Positions 44,354 to 54,196 of a stretch of 64,000 nucleotides of DNA are shown piece by piece. The stretch covers positions 142,054-206,053 of the forward strand of contig NW_013657643.1 of NCBI RefSeq assembly GCF_000142905.1, given 5' to 3'. The DNA is from Thecamonas trahens ATCC 50062 (taxonomy: Eukaryota; Protista; Apusomonadida). Under the pieces are notes generated by a model. The model was not told where the DNA came from. It made no database searches and saw nothing but the letters and a program-made list of their open reading frames with translations. Numbering within the stretch: position 1 is the stretch's first letter; each line of letters starts with the position of its first letter. The position numbers were made by a program, and so were the translations under genes.

Positions 44354-47300
44354 CTAGTGGCGGAGCGAGCGGTTGAGCTCGTCGCGGATGTGTTCCAGCT
44401 CTGCAGCCATCTCGACCGAGGCGGCCGATTGGCCCTGCTCCTGTAGATGGGCGGAGAGCTGGACGTTGTACGCGCGCCAGTTCTTTGCCATCTTGCGAAG
44501 CGTCTCCTCGAGCTTGGCGTTCTCGGACTGCTCCTGGGCGAGCCGCGAGGCGAGCGCCTTGAGCTCGCGGTCGAGGTCGCGAGCAATGGTATCCTTGGAC
44601 GAGGACTCTGTGCGGAGGACCTTGAGCTCGTCTTTGAGCGAGGCGGTTTCTGCACGGAGGCGGCCGAGCGACTTCTCGGTCCGGAGCAACTCCTTCTCGT
44701 ACTTGACTACATAGGACTCGAGCTTGGCGTTCTGGGCCTCTGCCGACTCGAGCTGGGTCCGGAGCGCGTCGATCGAGTCATGGGCGGCGAGCTCGGCGGT
44801 GCGGGTGAGCGAGGCTGCGGTGGCATTAGCTTCATCAAGAGCGGCATGGAGGCTTGCCTGCGCCCGCTGCAGGTCGGCGATTTCGCGGTCCGCAGCGCGG
44901 AGCTTGCCCTGAAGGACAAGCAACTCGTCGGAGGCGGCGTGCTCTGCGGTCTGGGTGGAGAGAACGCGCTGGCGCTCCGAGGCGAGGAGGTCCTCGAGCT
45001 TGACAACGGCGTCCTTTTCTAGGGCGAGCGAGGTGTGCAGGACCTGGTTCTGGGCGTGGGCGTCGGCCAAGGCGCGCTCGAGCTCGTGAATCTGGGCGCG
45101 AGCCGAGGCCAGCTGGGCGCGGAGGTCCTCGGCGTGCTTGTGGACGTTGGCGGTGAGAGCCTGGGCAGCCTCGACCTCGGAGCGTGCGGCCTTGAGCTCG
45201 GCGTCGCGAGAAGCGGCGGACGAGGCCTCGTCATGGGCTTGCCGCGAGAGCGAGGCCAGCTTGCGCTCAAAGGCACGAAGGTCGAGGACGTAGCCCTTGT
45301 TCTCCTGCTCGAGCGTGCGGATGTGGGCAGCCATGGAGGCAGCCTCCTGGTTGGCAGCAAGGAGCTGGCCGCGGAGTTCGTCACGGTCGGCAGCGTCGGC
45401 GGCGGCAGCGGCGGCGACCCGCTTGTTCTCGTCCGAGACAGAGGCATAGTTGCGGAGAACGTCGTTGAGCTCGCGGTCCTTGGCCTTGACGAGCTCATCG
45501 GCAAAGTGGGCGCGGGCAGTGGCGTCGCTGAGCTGAGCGCGGAGATCCTGGACTTCTGCAGCGGCAGCGGCGAGATCGGCGTTGAGCATCTGGTTCTCGC
45601 GGGTCATGTTGGCAAGGTCCTGGTCAAGCGACGAGACCGAGGCCGACGTCCCGGCGAGCTGCTCCTCCCATTGGGCCTTTGTGGTAAGGGCGTCTTGGAG
45701 CTGTGCTCCGAGTGAGGCGATTTCCGCGTCCTTGCTGTCTGCGGATGCGAGGCAAGCCTGCAGCTGCTCCTGGGTAGCCTCGTGGGCGGAGAGAGCAGCG
45801 TCGCGCTCAGCCTTGGCGGCGTCGACGGCGGCGCGGGATTCCACGAGCGCTGCCTCTTTTGCGTCGAGCGAGGCCTGGGTAGCGCCGACGCGGTCGTCAA
45901 GGAGAGCCAGCGAGTGCTGGAGGTTTGCAATCTGGGCGTCCTTGCGGGCAAGGTCCTTGGTAGCGTTTGCGCGTGCGGTGTCGGCGGCGTCGGCGCGTGC
46001 GGTGGCGGCGTCGACGTCATCGCGTGCGGCAGCAACCTGGGCTAGGAGATCCTCGCGCGAGACGTTCATCTGGTTGACCAGCGAAGACATACGAGAGGCC
46101 TTGTGCGAGGCGGCGGACGAGGAGGAGAGGGCCTCCCCGAGCTGGTCATTGAGGGCGGCAACCTGGTCGAGGAGCGAGGCGCGCTCCGAGTTTGCGGCAG
46201 AGAGCTCAGCCTTGAGGGCGGTGATCTGGGAGTTGAGCGAAGCGATAAAGGCGCCCTGCTTGAACGAGTTGGACGAGACGTGCTCCTTGTCGTCGGTGAG
46301 GAGGAGGACGCGCTGCTGGAGGGAGGCGACCTGCGCAGCCATGGCGGCACGCTCGGCGTCTGCGGAGGCTGCGGCACGCTCGGCGCGCTCGGCCTTATTG
46401 GAAGTGGTGACGAGGTCGCCAGCCTTGGAGGCAAGCTCGGCGTCGCGAGCCTTGAGCTCGTTGAGGAGGGCAGCGTGCTGGCCGCGGAGCTGGTCGTGGA
46501 GCTCAGAGAGCGAGTCGTGGTCGGCCTTGAGGCTCTGCAGCGAGGCGGACATCTCGTTGGCCTGCGACTCGACGAGAGCAAGGGCGTCTGCGAGCTCGGA
46601 CTTTTCAGCGCGGACGGTGGCGAGGGTGGCATGGAGGTGGTCGACCGAGGCGCGGGCGTCTGCGAGTTCGTCTGCGGTCTTCTGCTCCTTGCGGACCATG
46701 CGGTTGTACTCGACGACTTGGGCGGTGGCCTGCTCTTGGAGGGAGGCGATCTGGTGCTTGGTCTGCTCGAAGCGGTCCTGCAACGGGGCGAGCGCCTCTG
46801 TCTCGCGGACCAGCGAGTCCTTCTCGGCCTCGAGCTGCTTGACGGAGGCCTGAAGCTGGGCGTTGGCAAGGCCGAGCTCGTGGACTTCGGTCTTGAGGGC
46901 GGAGAGCTCGTTGGTGAGCCGGTTCTTGTCAAAGCGCTCCGAGTCTGCCGCGGCGAGCGCGTCCTGGGAGGCAGTGTGGGCGGCCTGGGCGTCCGACGCC
47001 AGGCGCTCGACCTCCTTCTTGTAGTAGTCGCGCTCCTGCTCGAGTGCGGCGTACATGGTCTGCAGCCGTTCTTGCGCATTCTGGAGAGACTCGAGCTCCT
47101 CGCCCATCTTGGAGCGCTCGCGGTCGACGGCCTCTGTCAGCGACTTGAGCGTGTCCTGGAACTGCACCTTGGAGCCGAGCTGGACCTTGAGCTCATCGTT
47201 GTCGGCCATGTGCTTTTCGAGGAGCTGGTGGAGGCCAGTGTTGTCTTGCTGGAGGTTGACGGCGGCGGCCTGAGCCTCCTCGCGCTCGACTTGGAGCTTG

Positions 47301-48679
47301 GAGACGTGGAGCTGCAACGTCTTGAACTCTGTGGTGAGGGCGGCGTGCTCGTCGGTGAGGGCGGCGAGGTCGTTCTCTGCGCGGCGGGCGCGGGCCTCGA
47401 GGGTGCGAGCGGCGGCGTCGGCTTCGGCGGCCTGAGTGCGGGCAGCATCCTTGGCAGCCTCGAGCTCTGCAATGATGTCGGCAAAGGAGGAGCGGGCCGA
47501 GGCGTACGAGTCGACGACCTGGGCAACCGACGACGACTGCGACTTGAGCTTGGAAGCGGCGGCCTCGGCGGCGGCGGCCTTGGCGTGAAGGGCTGAGATG
47601 GTCTGCTGAGCAGTGTCAAGCTGGGCCTCCAGCTCGCGGACTCGAGTCGAGGCGGCGGCGGCGGCTGAGGAGTCTGCAGATGAGAGTTGTGCGGCCTGAG
47701 CCTGGAGCGCCTTGAGCTCGTTGACGAGGCGGACGTTCTTGGCAAGGACTTGCTTGTAGGCAACCCGGGCAGCGTCGACCGAGCCCTCGCCGCCCATGGC
47801 GTCGATGCGGGCGTTGGCAGCCGCGAGGGCGTCACGGGCCTTGGCCAGCTCCGAGTTGAGGACCTCGACCTCAAGGCGGGCCTGGGAGAGCTCACGCTCG
47901 TGCTGGGCCTGCTGCGCGTCAAAAGCGCGCCGGTCGGGGGCAGTGCCACGTTCGACAATCATGCCCAGGCGGGCCACCTCCTTCTCGTACTCAAAGACCT
48001 CGTACTGCAAGGCGTCGCGCTCGCGGGTGAGCGAGGCGGCGAGCTCACGGGCGTCGGCGAGATCGCGAGTCAGGGCCTCAATCTTGGCGTTTGCGGCGTC
48101 GAGGAGATCGAGCTGGACAGGGCTTCCGCGCGACGGCGAGGCAGCCGCAGGTGACGCCGAGGGGTTTGCGGCCGGGGCAGCGCGGCGCGGCGGGGCGGGC
48201 GACGAGAGGTGCAGGCCCGGCGAGAGCGGCGGAGCGGCGGAAGTCGAGTCGGCAGCGCGAGTCCGGAGGGCGTCGAGCTGCGCCTCAAGGCGGGCAATGG
48301 TGGCGGCCTGCTCCTCGTTGAGGAAGGAGGCGTCCTGGATGGAGGCGGTGAGGGCGGCGTTCTTTGCAATCCACTCGTCCTCGCGGCGGCGGAACTGGTT
48401 GCCCTGCTTGACCAGGGCGGCATGGAGCTCATTGTTGTCGTGCAGCAGACGCGAGTTCTCCTTGGCCAGCGGCTCGAGCTGAACCTGGGCCTTGCGGCCT
48501 TCGCGGTTGGCCGTATCGACGGCGGCTTGCAGGCGGGCGACCGAGGCCGTGGCCGAGACCAGGCCATCGAGCAAGTCGGCCACCACCGGGGCCGACTCGA
48601 TGCCCACCACATTGTGGTAGCCCAGCGCATGGAGCTTGCTCCGCAGCTCTTCAAAGCCTGTCCGGTCGGGGCCTGTCAT
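44354..48679 (-). CDS. CEP135: Centriole cartwheel protein CEP135/Bld10
   Basis: N-terminal FEELRSKLHALGY..GIESAPVVADLLDGLVSAT and LEPLAKENSRLLHDNNELH, then about 1300 aa of coiled coil including DLANMTRENQ. Confidence 0.9.
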   Translation of the reverse strand: MTGPDRTGFEELRSKLHALGYHNVVGIESAPVVADLLDGLVSATASVARLQAAVDTANREGRKAQVQLEPLAKENSRLLHDNNELHAALVKQGNQFRRREDEWIAKNAALTASIQDASFLNEEQAATIARLEAQLDALRTRAADSTSAAPPLSPGLHLSSPAPPRRAAPAANPSASPAAASPSRGSPVQLDLLDAANAKIEALTRDLADARELAASLTRERDALQYEVFEYEKEVARLGMIVERGTAPDRRAFDAQQAQHERELSQARLEVEVLNSELAKARDALAAANARIDAMGGEGSVDAARVAYKQVLAKNVRLVNELKALQAQAAQLSSADSSAAAAASTRVRELEAQLDTAQQTISALHAKAAAAEAAASKLKSQSSSVAQVVDSYASARSSFADIIAELEAAKDAARTQAAEADAAARTLEARARRAENDLAALTDEHAALTTEFKTLQLHVSKLQVEREEAQAAAVNLQQDNTGLHQLLEKHMADNDELKVQLGSKVQFQDTLKSLTEAVDRERSKMGEELESLQNAQERLQTMYAALEQERDYYKKEVERLASDAQAAHTASQDALAAADSERFDKNRLTNELSALKTEVHELGLANAQLQASVKQLEAEKDSLVRETEALAPLQDRFEQTKHQIASLQEQATAQVVEYNRMVRKEQKTADELADARASVDHLHATLATVRAEKSELADALALVESQANEMSASLQSLKADHDSLSELHDQLRGQHAALLNELKARDAELASKAGDLVTTSNKAERAERAAASADAERAAMAAQVASLQQRVLLLTDDKEHVSSNSFKQGAFIASLNSQITALKAELSAANSERASLLDQVAALNDQLGEALSSSSAASHKASRMSSLVNQMNVSREDLLAQVAAARDDVDAATARADAADTARANATKDLARKDAQIANLQHSLALLDDRVGATQASLDAKEAALVESRAAVDAAKAERDAALSAHEATQEQLQACLASADSKDAEIASLGAQLQDALTTKAQWEEQLAGTSASVSSLDQDLANMTRENQMLNADLAAAAAEVQDLRAQLSDATARAHFADELVKAKDRELNDVLRNYASVSDENKRVAAAAAADAADRDELRGQLLAANQEAASMAAHIRTLEQENKGYVLDLRAFERKLASLSRQAHDEASSAASRDAELKAARSEVEAAQALTANVHKHAEDLRAQLASARAQIHELERALADAHAQNQVLHTSLALEKDAVVKLEDLLASERQRVLSTQTAEHAASDELLVLQGKLRAADREIADLQRAQASLHAALDEANATAASLTRTAELAAHDSIDALRTQLESAEAQNAKLESYVVKYEKELLRTEKSLGRLRAETASLKDELKVLRTESSSKDTIARDLDRELKALASRLAQEQSENAKLEETLRKMAKNWRAYNVQLSAHLQEQGQSAASVEMAAELEHIRDELNRSLRH

Positions 48680-49187
48680 GGCTCCCGTTCGTCAGACGTG
48701 GTGCGGTGCGTGCGGTGTCGTCGTTTTGGCGCCAAAGGCCGAAAGCCAAAAGGCGGAAGGCGGGGAACGATGAAAATGGGGGGGAATGGGCGAAACGAAC
48801 GATTATTGGGGGAAGGGGGGGGGGGNNNNNNNNNNNNNNNNNNNNNNNNNNNNNNNNNNNNNNNNNNNNNNNNNNNNNNNNNNNNNNNNNNNNNNNNNNN
48901 NNNNNNNNNNNNNNNNNNNNNNNNNGGAGGAGATGGGGATCGAAGGGGGAGGGGGGGGAGGGGGAGGGGAGGGAGGGAGGTCGCGGGGTATGGGATCGAG
49001 GGTTTGGGGGGAGTTCTCAAGGTTCAGGCGTTGGCAAGCCGCATACTCTGGGGGTGGGATCAGAGCCATCCATGTCACTGGCCTGCGTTGGGCAGACGGG
49101 CAGATGGGGGTGGCGTCGGTGTCTTGGCTCTGTTGAGTCAATGTCGCGTGCGACGAACTCACCTCACCCGCGTTGCAAACACAGAGC

Positions 49188-49835
49188 ATGTTACGGCTTG
49201 GTGCCCGGTTGGTCTCACATTGGGGAAGGAGGCTCGGCGGAGAGGATGCAGCAAGCAAGGGCCGTGGCTTGTTTACCGGCGCACGGGGGCCTGGGCATGC
49301 CAAGGGCGGCGGCCGAGGTGGGGGAGGCCCGCGTGGCCAGGGCCCGCTCTTTGACTCGGATGCGCCGTTCCTCTCACAGATTGCGGGCTGGCGGACGATG
49401 CTTCCGCTGCTAGTTGTCGGATGGGCCGGCTTCTTTGGTGTTCAGGCGGTGCTGACTGGCCAGCGGACGCTGCGTGCCGCGCCCGCTACCCGCGCCGCTG
49501 CTGCTGCGGTACTCGACTCGGAAGAGGCCGGCGAGGCTCTTGGCGCTGCTACTGCTAACGAGCTGGCGGCGGCGGCCAAGCTCGGTTGGTGGATGTGGGG
49601 AAAGAGCTCCGGGCGGACGACAGCGGTGACCTTTGATGTCGCCGGCGTGCCCGGGACCGCGCCCGGCGGCGCAACGCCCGTGGCCACCGTTGACGCCCGC
49701 GCCATCGACGACGCTGGCATTCTCACCTTTATCGAACTGACAGTCTGCGTCACACCGTCGGCGGCTCCCAGTCCTCCTGCGGGCAAGCACTGCTTCTCGC
49801 TCGTCGACGCTGCCAACGCGCGCGCGCACGCATGA
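49188..49835 (+). CDS. Probable mitochondrial inner-membrane Coa1/Tim21-like protein
   Basis: Presequence MLRLGARLVSHWGRRL, single TM helix, then helix ending EALG and beta strands (AVTFDVAG, ATVDARA, FIELTV). Confidence 0.55.
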   Translation: MLRLGARLVSHWGRRLGGEDAASKGRGLFTGARGPGHAKGGGRGGGGPRGQGPLFDSDAPFLSQIAGWRTMLPLLVVGWAGFFGVQAVLTGQRTLRAAPATRAAAAAVLDSEEAGEALGAATANELAAAAKLGWWMWGKSSGRTTAVTFDVAGVPGTAPGGATPVATVDARAIDDAGILTFIELTVCVTPSAAPSPPAGKHCFSLVDAANARAHA

Positions 49836-49849
49836 CTCAACCTCCCCCC

Positions 49850-51766
49850 TCATATGTGGTGCGACGGCAGCGGCGGTGGTGAGGCGACCACACCGGCCAG
49901 GAGCTGGGCCAAGGTCTCGACCTTGGCCATGACTGGCGCGTCTTCGCCGCCAAGCAAACCACTAAGCTCGGCGGTTCCGACTGCCTTGGCCACCAGCCGC
50001 ACCAGATAGTCCTGCTCGGCGACCTCGGCGTTGAGCTCATCGATCTCGTCTTGAAGCTCGGCAACCGTCAGGTGTTTGTCGCACTCGCTGCTCGTCACCA
50101 GCTGCTCCTCCACCGCAGCCTGGCTCGCCAACGCGCGGTGCAGCCGCTCCTCGAGTGACGCAATGACCTCAGAAGTGTAGGCCACCTGCTCGCGTACCTC
50201 AACCACGACGTCGGCCGCTACTGTCGACTCGAGTTCCCGCTCCTGCTCCGAAGCAAGCTCGCGCCGCAACGACGCGTTTGCACTCTGCAAGCTGTCGACC
50301 TCGCTCTCCAGCTGCGCAACGCGGTCCGTGAGATTAGCCACCGCGGCTGCAGTCGCCTTTTGGAACTTGGCCTCCAGCTGAGAAGTAGCGTCTGCATGCC
50401 GGCGCGCCGCCTCCGCCTGCCGGTCTTTGAGCGCTGCAGTCGCGGCCTCGGCCGCTTCCGCGCGCGCCTCGGCCTCGGCCATAGCTGACACAGCATCGGC
50501 TGCCCGTGCCTCAGCTGCTGCCGCCCTTGCCTCGGCCTCGGTCACAGCATCGGCCTCACTGGCCTCTTCCGCCTCCGCCTCGCCATCGTCGCCTGTATGC
50601 TCAAGCTCGTACGCAAGCCGCCGCCGCGCATCGTCCAGATCGCTCTCGAGAGCAGAAATTCGGGTGGTGGCCTCGGCCTCGGAAGCCTTGTACGCATCGA
50701 CCATCTCCTGCAGTGCAGCGACCTCCTGCTGGAGACGCTTGGCCGAGGGCGCCGCGTCCGGGAGCGGCATCGTCTGCGCCATGGCAGACATGCGTTGCTC
50801 GCGCTCAAGCGCCACCCGCGATGACCGAAGCGCAGTCTCCAGCGAGTCGTTGGTCGCGCGCAGCGCCATGACCTCGTCTGTCAGCGACGAGGCAATGGCG
50901 GCAATGTGCGACTCGTCACCGCGGAGCTCGCGCACAACCTGCAGCTGGACCGCAATGTCGTCCTTGGCGCGCCGCTCGGCTGCCAGCTGAGAGCGCAGAT
51001 CGTCGGCCTCGACCATCGCAGCATTGAGTTCTTGCGAGAGCCGCAGGCTCTGCGCCTCCAGCCCGTCGATCCGCGTCACAAGCTCCAGTCGCTCGGTAGA
51101 GAGCGCCTTGATGTCCCGCTCGTAAATCGACCGCAGCGAGTCATACTCGCGCAACAGCTCGTCCTTCTCCGCAGTCACTCGCGCCAGCTCTGACCGGAGG
51201 ACCAGCTCTGCCCGCGAGTTAGGCGCATCACCGCGCCCGGCCCCCTGCGGCGCATCGCCCGGACCCGGATCCCGGAGGACGGCCTCGGCCGACGCCAGCT
51301 GCGCGTGCAGACTTCGCAGCTTGCCCTCGGCCGCCACCTTGGCGTCCTTCAAACGAGCAATCTCGGTCCGCCGTCGCGCCGCCGCCCCGTCCAACTCCAG
51401 CAGCGCCTCGCGGACTGCCGCCCGCCGGCTCTGCACCGCACCCAGCTGCTCCAGCAGCCGCGCCTCATCGGCCGCCAGCGACGCACGCTTCGCCGCAGCC
51501 TCGTCCGAGAGTCGCGGAATGCGGTCAAACAGGCCCAGTCGCTGCTGCACATCGTCCAACGCCGCCATCAGCTCAGCCTCGTCCTCACGCAGTGCAGAGT
51601 CCTCCGCATGCAGCGCCCGCGCCGCCGGTCCGTCGCCATCTCGTGCCGTCTGGTCGTCCGCCAGCACCGCCAACAGCGCCCGCGAGGCTTCGTCCTTGGC
51701 CCTCGCCACCTGCGACAGCTGCGCCCTCAGGCTGCTCACCGCTGCCACCTCGTCGTCCGAGCCCAT
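49850..51766 (-). CDS. Coiled-coil protein of unknown function
   Basis: 638-aa ORF with continuous heptad pattern, preceded by a sense-strand C-tract. Confidence 0.75.
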   Translation of the reverse strand: MGSDDEVAAVSSLRAQLSQVARAKDEASRALLAVLADDQTARDGDGPAARALHAEDSALREDEAELMAALDDVQQRLGLFDRIPRLSDEAAAKRASLAADEARLLEQLGAVQSRRAAVREALLELDGAAARRRTEIARLKDAKVAAEGKLRSLHAQLASAEAVLRDPGPGDAPQGAGRGDAPNSRAELVLRSELARVTAEKDELLREYDSLRSIYERDIKALSTERLELVTRIDGLEAQSLRLSQELNAAMVEADDLRSQLAAERRAKDDIAVQLQVVRELRGDESHIAAIASSLTDEVMALRATNDSLETALRSSRVALEREQRMSAMAQTMPLPDAAPSAKRLQQEVAALQEMVDAYKASEAEATTRISALESDLDDARRRLAYELEHTGDDGEAEAEEASEADAVTEAEARAAAAEARAADAVSAMAEAEARAEAAEAATAALKDRQAEAARRHADATSQLEAKFQKATAAAVANLTDRVAQLESEVDSLQSANASLRRELASEQERELESTVAADVVVEVREQVAYTSEVIASLEERLHRALASQAAVEEQLVTSSECDKHLTVAELQDEIDELNAEVAEQDYLVRLVAKAVGTAELSGLLGGEDAPVMAKVETLAQLLAGVVASPPPLPSHHI

Positions 51767-51889
51767 TGCTGAGGGGTAGAAGGTGGTGGGTGGGTGGTGA
51801 CGAGCAGGAGGAGGAGGAGGGGTGAGGACGGGGGAAGGTGTGTCCGGAGAGGGAGGGGGGGGGCGCCGAAGCGCTGGGCTCGACCGGGC

Positions 51890-51940
51890 GATCGATCGCG
51901 GTTGGCGATCATGATCGATCGCGGTTGGCGATCATGATCG
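51890..51940. repeat. 23-bp direct tandem repeat in a divergent promoter
   Basis: gatcgatcgcggttggcgatcat x2 plus gatcg. Confidence 0.9.
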
Positions 51941-51977
51941 CGCCCGCCATGGCGACACGCCTCTCCGACCACAGGCA

Positions 51978-53648
51978 ATGCTGGCGGCACAGCTCCAGGA
52001 GTGGTGTGAGCGCCATGAGGCCCCAGTGCCACCGCTGGAGGCGCTGGCAAGGCCTGACGCGCCCGAAGTCCTGCGCAAGCTGGTGGCACACCTGGTAAAG
52101 TGCGCGCCGGCGCCGCTGCCGCAGGCTCCGTCTCCGTCCGGACACGGGAGACGGGCGGGAGAAGGTGGCGAGGGAAGCGGAGCGGGTGAGGGCCAGCATG
52201 CGGCACAGCTGCGGATGCTGCGGGCAGAGGCGGCGTCCATCGATGACGAGCTTTCAGAGGCCGCCGCTGCCGAGGCCGCAGCGACCGCTCGCTACGCCCG
52301 AGCCTCGGCCGCCGCCGCCCTCATGGCCGCTCACAACGCACATCTCGACGTGCTCGACGACGAGACGGCTGCCATGCGCGAGGTCTACGACGCAGCCGGA
52401 AGTAGCCTGCGCCGCATGCTTGCGGCCGGCGGGCGTGATGCAGGGGCCGGGGCTGTCGCACGGCTGGTTGCCACAGCCCGTTCCGGATCTCTCGATCCGG
52501 CTGAGACCCGCTCCCTGCCGCCCGCCGAGCTGCTGGACGGCTTGACCGAGCTGGCGGCGACCGAGACTTCCCGCATGAAGGCCGAAAACGAGCGCGGGCC
52601 GCTCGAGCCGCTTCTCGAGCCGCCAGTGTCAGCCACTGACTCGGTGGCTGCCGTTCTTGCCGAGCTCCGCGACTCGCACGTCCGCCGCTTTGTCCAAACG
52701 GTGGCTGTCGCCGACGATGCTGCCGCGCTCCGGGCCGAGGCCGACGCACTAACAGCCGCTGCGCCGCCAGCTCTGGTGGCCGCAGCAGCCGCCGCTGGTC
52801 TTGTCGCCCGCGCCGACGCGCTCGACAAGCTCGTCGCCTCGTTCGAGGCCGTCCTCGCCAACGAGGTTGGTTCCAACAACGAGCTGCGTGCCAAGGCTGC
52901 TGCCATCGGCGAGATGCAGGAGGCGTACGCGCGAGGTAAGGTTGCGCTCGCTGCAGGAGTTGCCGCCAACACCCGCACCGCCGACCAGCTTCGGGCGAGC
53001 CATGCCCGCCTTCGGGCTGCGGTCAACACAGACCTCGCGCCGATGCCTCGCAGGCTCGCCCTCGCCTCGTCCTCGCTCACTGCGCTCCGCCTCAAAACGC
53101 TCGACGCCCTCGCGGAACACGCCCAGCTGCTAGAGACGCTAACGCTCGCCGGACGCCGTGCCGGCGTCGACCCGGGCGCGCTCGCGCCTGCTCCTCTTCG
53201 CGACCTTGCTGCCGCTGCCGGCTTTGACCCGAGCAGCCAGCGCTGGTCGCTTCTCCCGGCGCACATCAGTGCCCTGCTTGAGGCCAAGGCCGCCCAGGCG
53301 CAGCGTGCTGAGCGCGCCCTGGCACTGCAGACCGAGCACCTTGATGGCGCTCCCTTTGCCGCACTTGCCTCGCTCCCGCACGTCCGCTCGCTCGCCCGCC
53401 GCCTCGCGGATCAGACCGCAACAGGCGACGTCGAGCTCGCCGCCACGCTTTCCGCCGCCACCGCCACCACCCGCGCTGCCGCTGCTAATGCCGCCGACAC
53501 CCACGCCATCCTCGCCGACTGGGCCGACCACCCGGCGCAGCACGCTGTCCCGTGGCGCACTGTAGACGACAGGCCGCTGGACGCCTGGCTCGCCCACCAT
53601 CGCTCGCTCGTCACTGCCTGGGCCGAGCTAGTCTCGACCGTCGAGTGA
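51978..53648 (+). CDS. HAUS5: Augmin complex subunit HAUS5-like
   Basis: N-terminal QLQEWC, helical body, and C-terminal DWADHPAQHAVPWRTVDDRPLDAWL matching the HAUS5 W.EQPA...PW.TVDG..L..W motif. Confidence 0.7.
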   Translation: MLAAQLQEWCERHEAPVPPLEALARPDAPEVLRKLVAHLVKCAPAPLPQAPSPSGHGRRAGEGGEGSGAGEGQHAAQLRMLRAEAASIDDELSEAAAAEAAATARYARASAAAALMAAHNAHLDVLDDETAAMREVYDAAGSSLRRMLAAGGRDAGAGAVARLVATARSGSLDPAETRSLPPAELLDGLTELAATETSRMKAENERGPLEPLLEPPVSATDSVAAVLAELRDSHVRRFVQTVAVADDAAALRAEADALTAAAPPALVAAAAAAGLVARADALDKLVASFEAVLANEVGSNNELRAKAAAIGEMQEAYARGKVALAAGVAANTRTADQLRASHARLRAAVNTDLAPMPRRLALASSSLTALRLKTLDALAEHAQLLETLTLAGRRAGVDPGALAPAPLRDLAAAAGFDPSSQRWSLLPAHISALLEAKAAQAQRAERALALQTEHLDGAPFAALASLPHVRSLARRLADQTATGDVELAATLSAATATTRAAAANAADTHAILADWADHPAQHAVPWRTVDDRPLDAWLAHHRSLVTAWAELVSTVE

Positions 53649-54196
53649 GTCGAGCCCGCCAGTACGACCAGATGCGAGCGGATGGAGCGAGCCGGGGCGT
53701 AGCAGATGCGAGCAGTGGAGGGAGAGGGAGTGGAGCGGAGCGGAGGAGGGAGGATGGGTGTTGCAAGCGACAGGCCCAAAGATCGATGATGTCTTGGCAC
53801 TGCCTGTAGTCCTGGCACTGGATCCATGACACTGCACTGCTCGATGCAGCCCATATGGTGTGTGTGTGTGTGTGTGTGCTGCCTCCCCCTCCCCCCCCCC
53901 CCCCCCACCCTCCCCACAAAAAAAAAAACACTGCACATGCGAGGCTTTTACCGAACGGGTGGGTGGCGACAGGCGGTGGGACGTGAGCGACTTCCAACGG
54001 GCCTACACACAGCTTGATTGGGACGAGGCCACCAGAGGGTAGAGCAAGGCACACCGCAAGTCACGGAAAGAGAGCAACGGAGTTGTGCAACAACAGAGAC
54101 TCTGTGCTGTTCGTGCTTGCCGTTGCGCTTGTGTGTCAGCTGAGCATTGGAAGGACCAGACCGGGCGGCAAAGGCACCGTTTGCTGCAAATCAACC

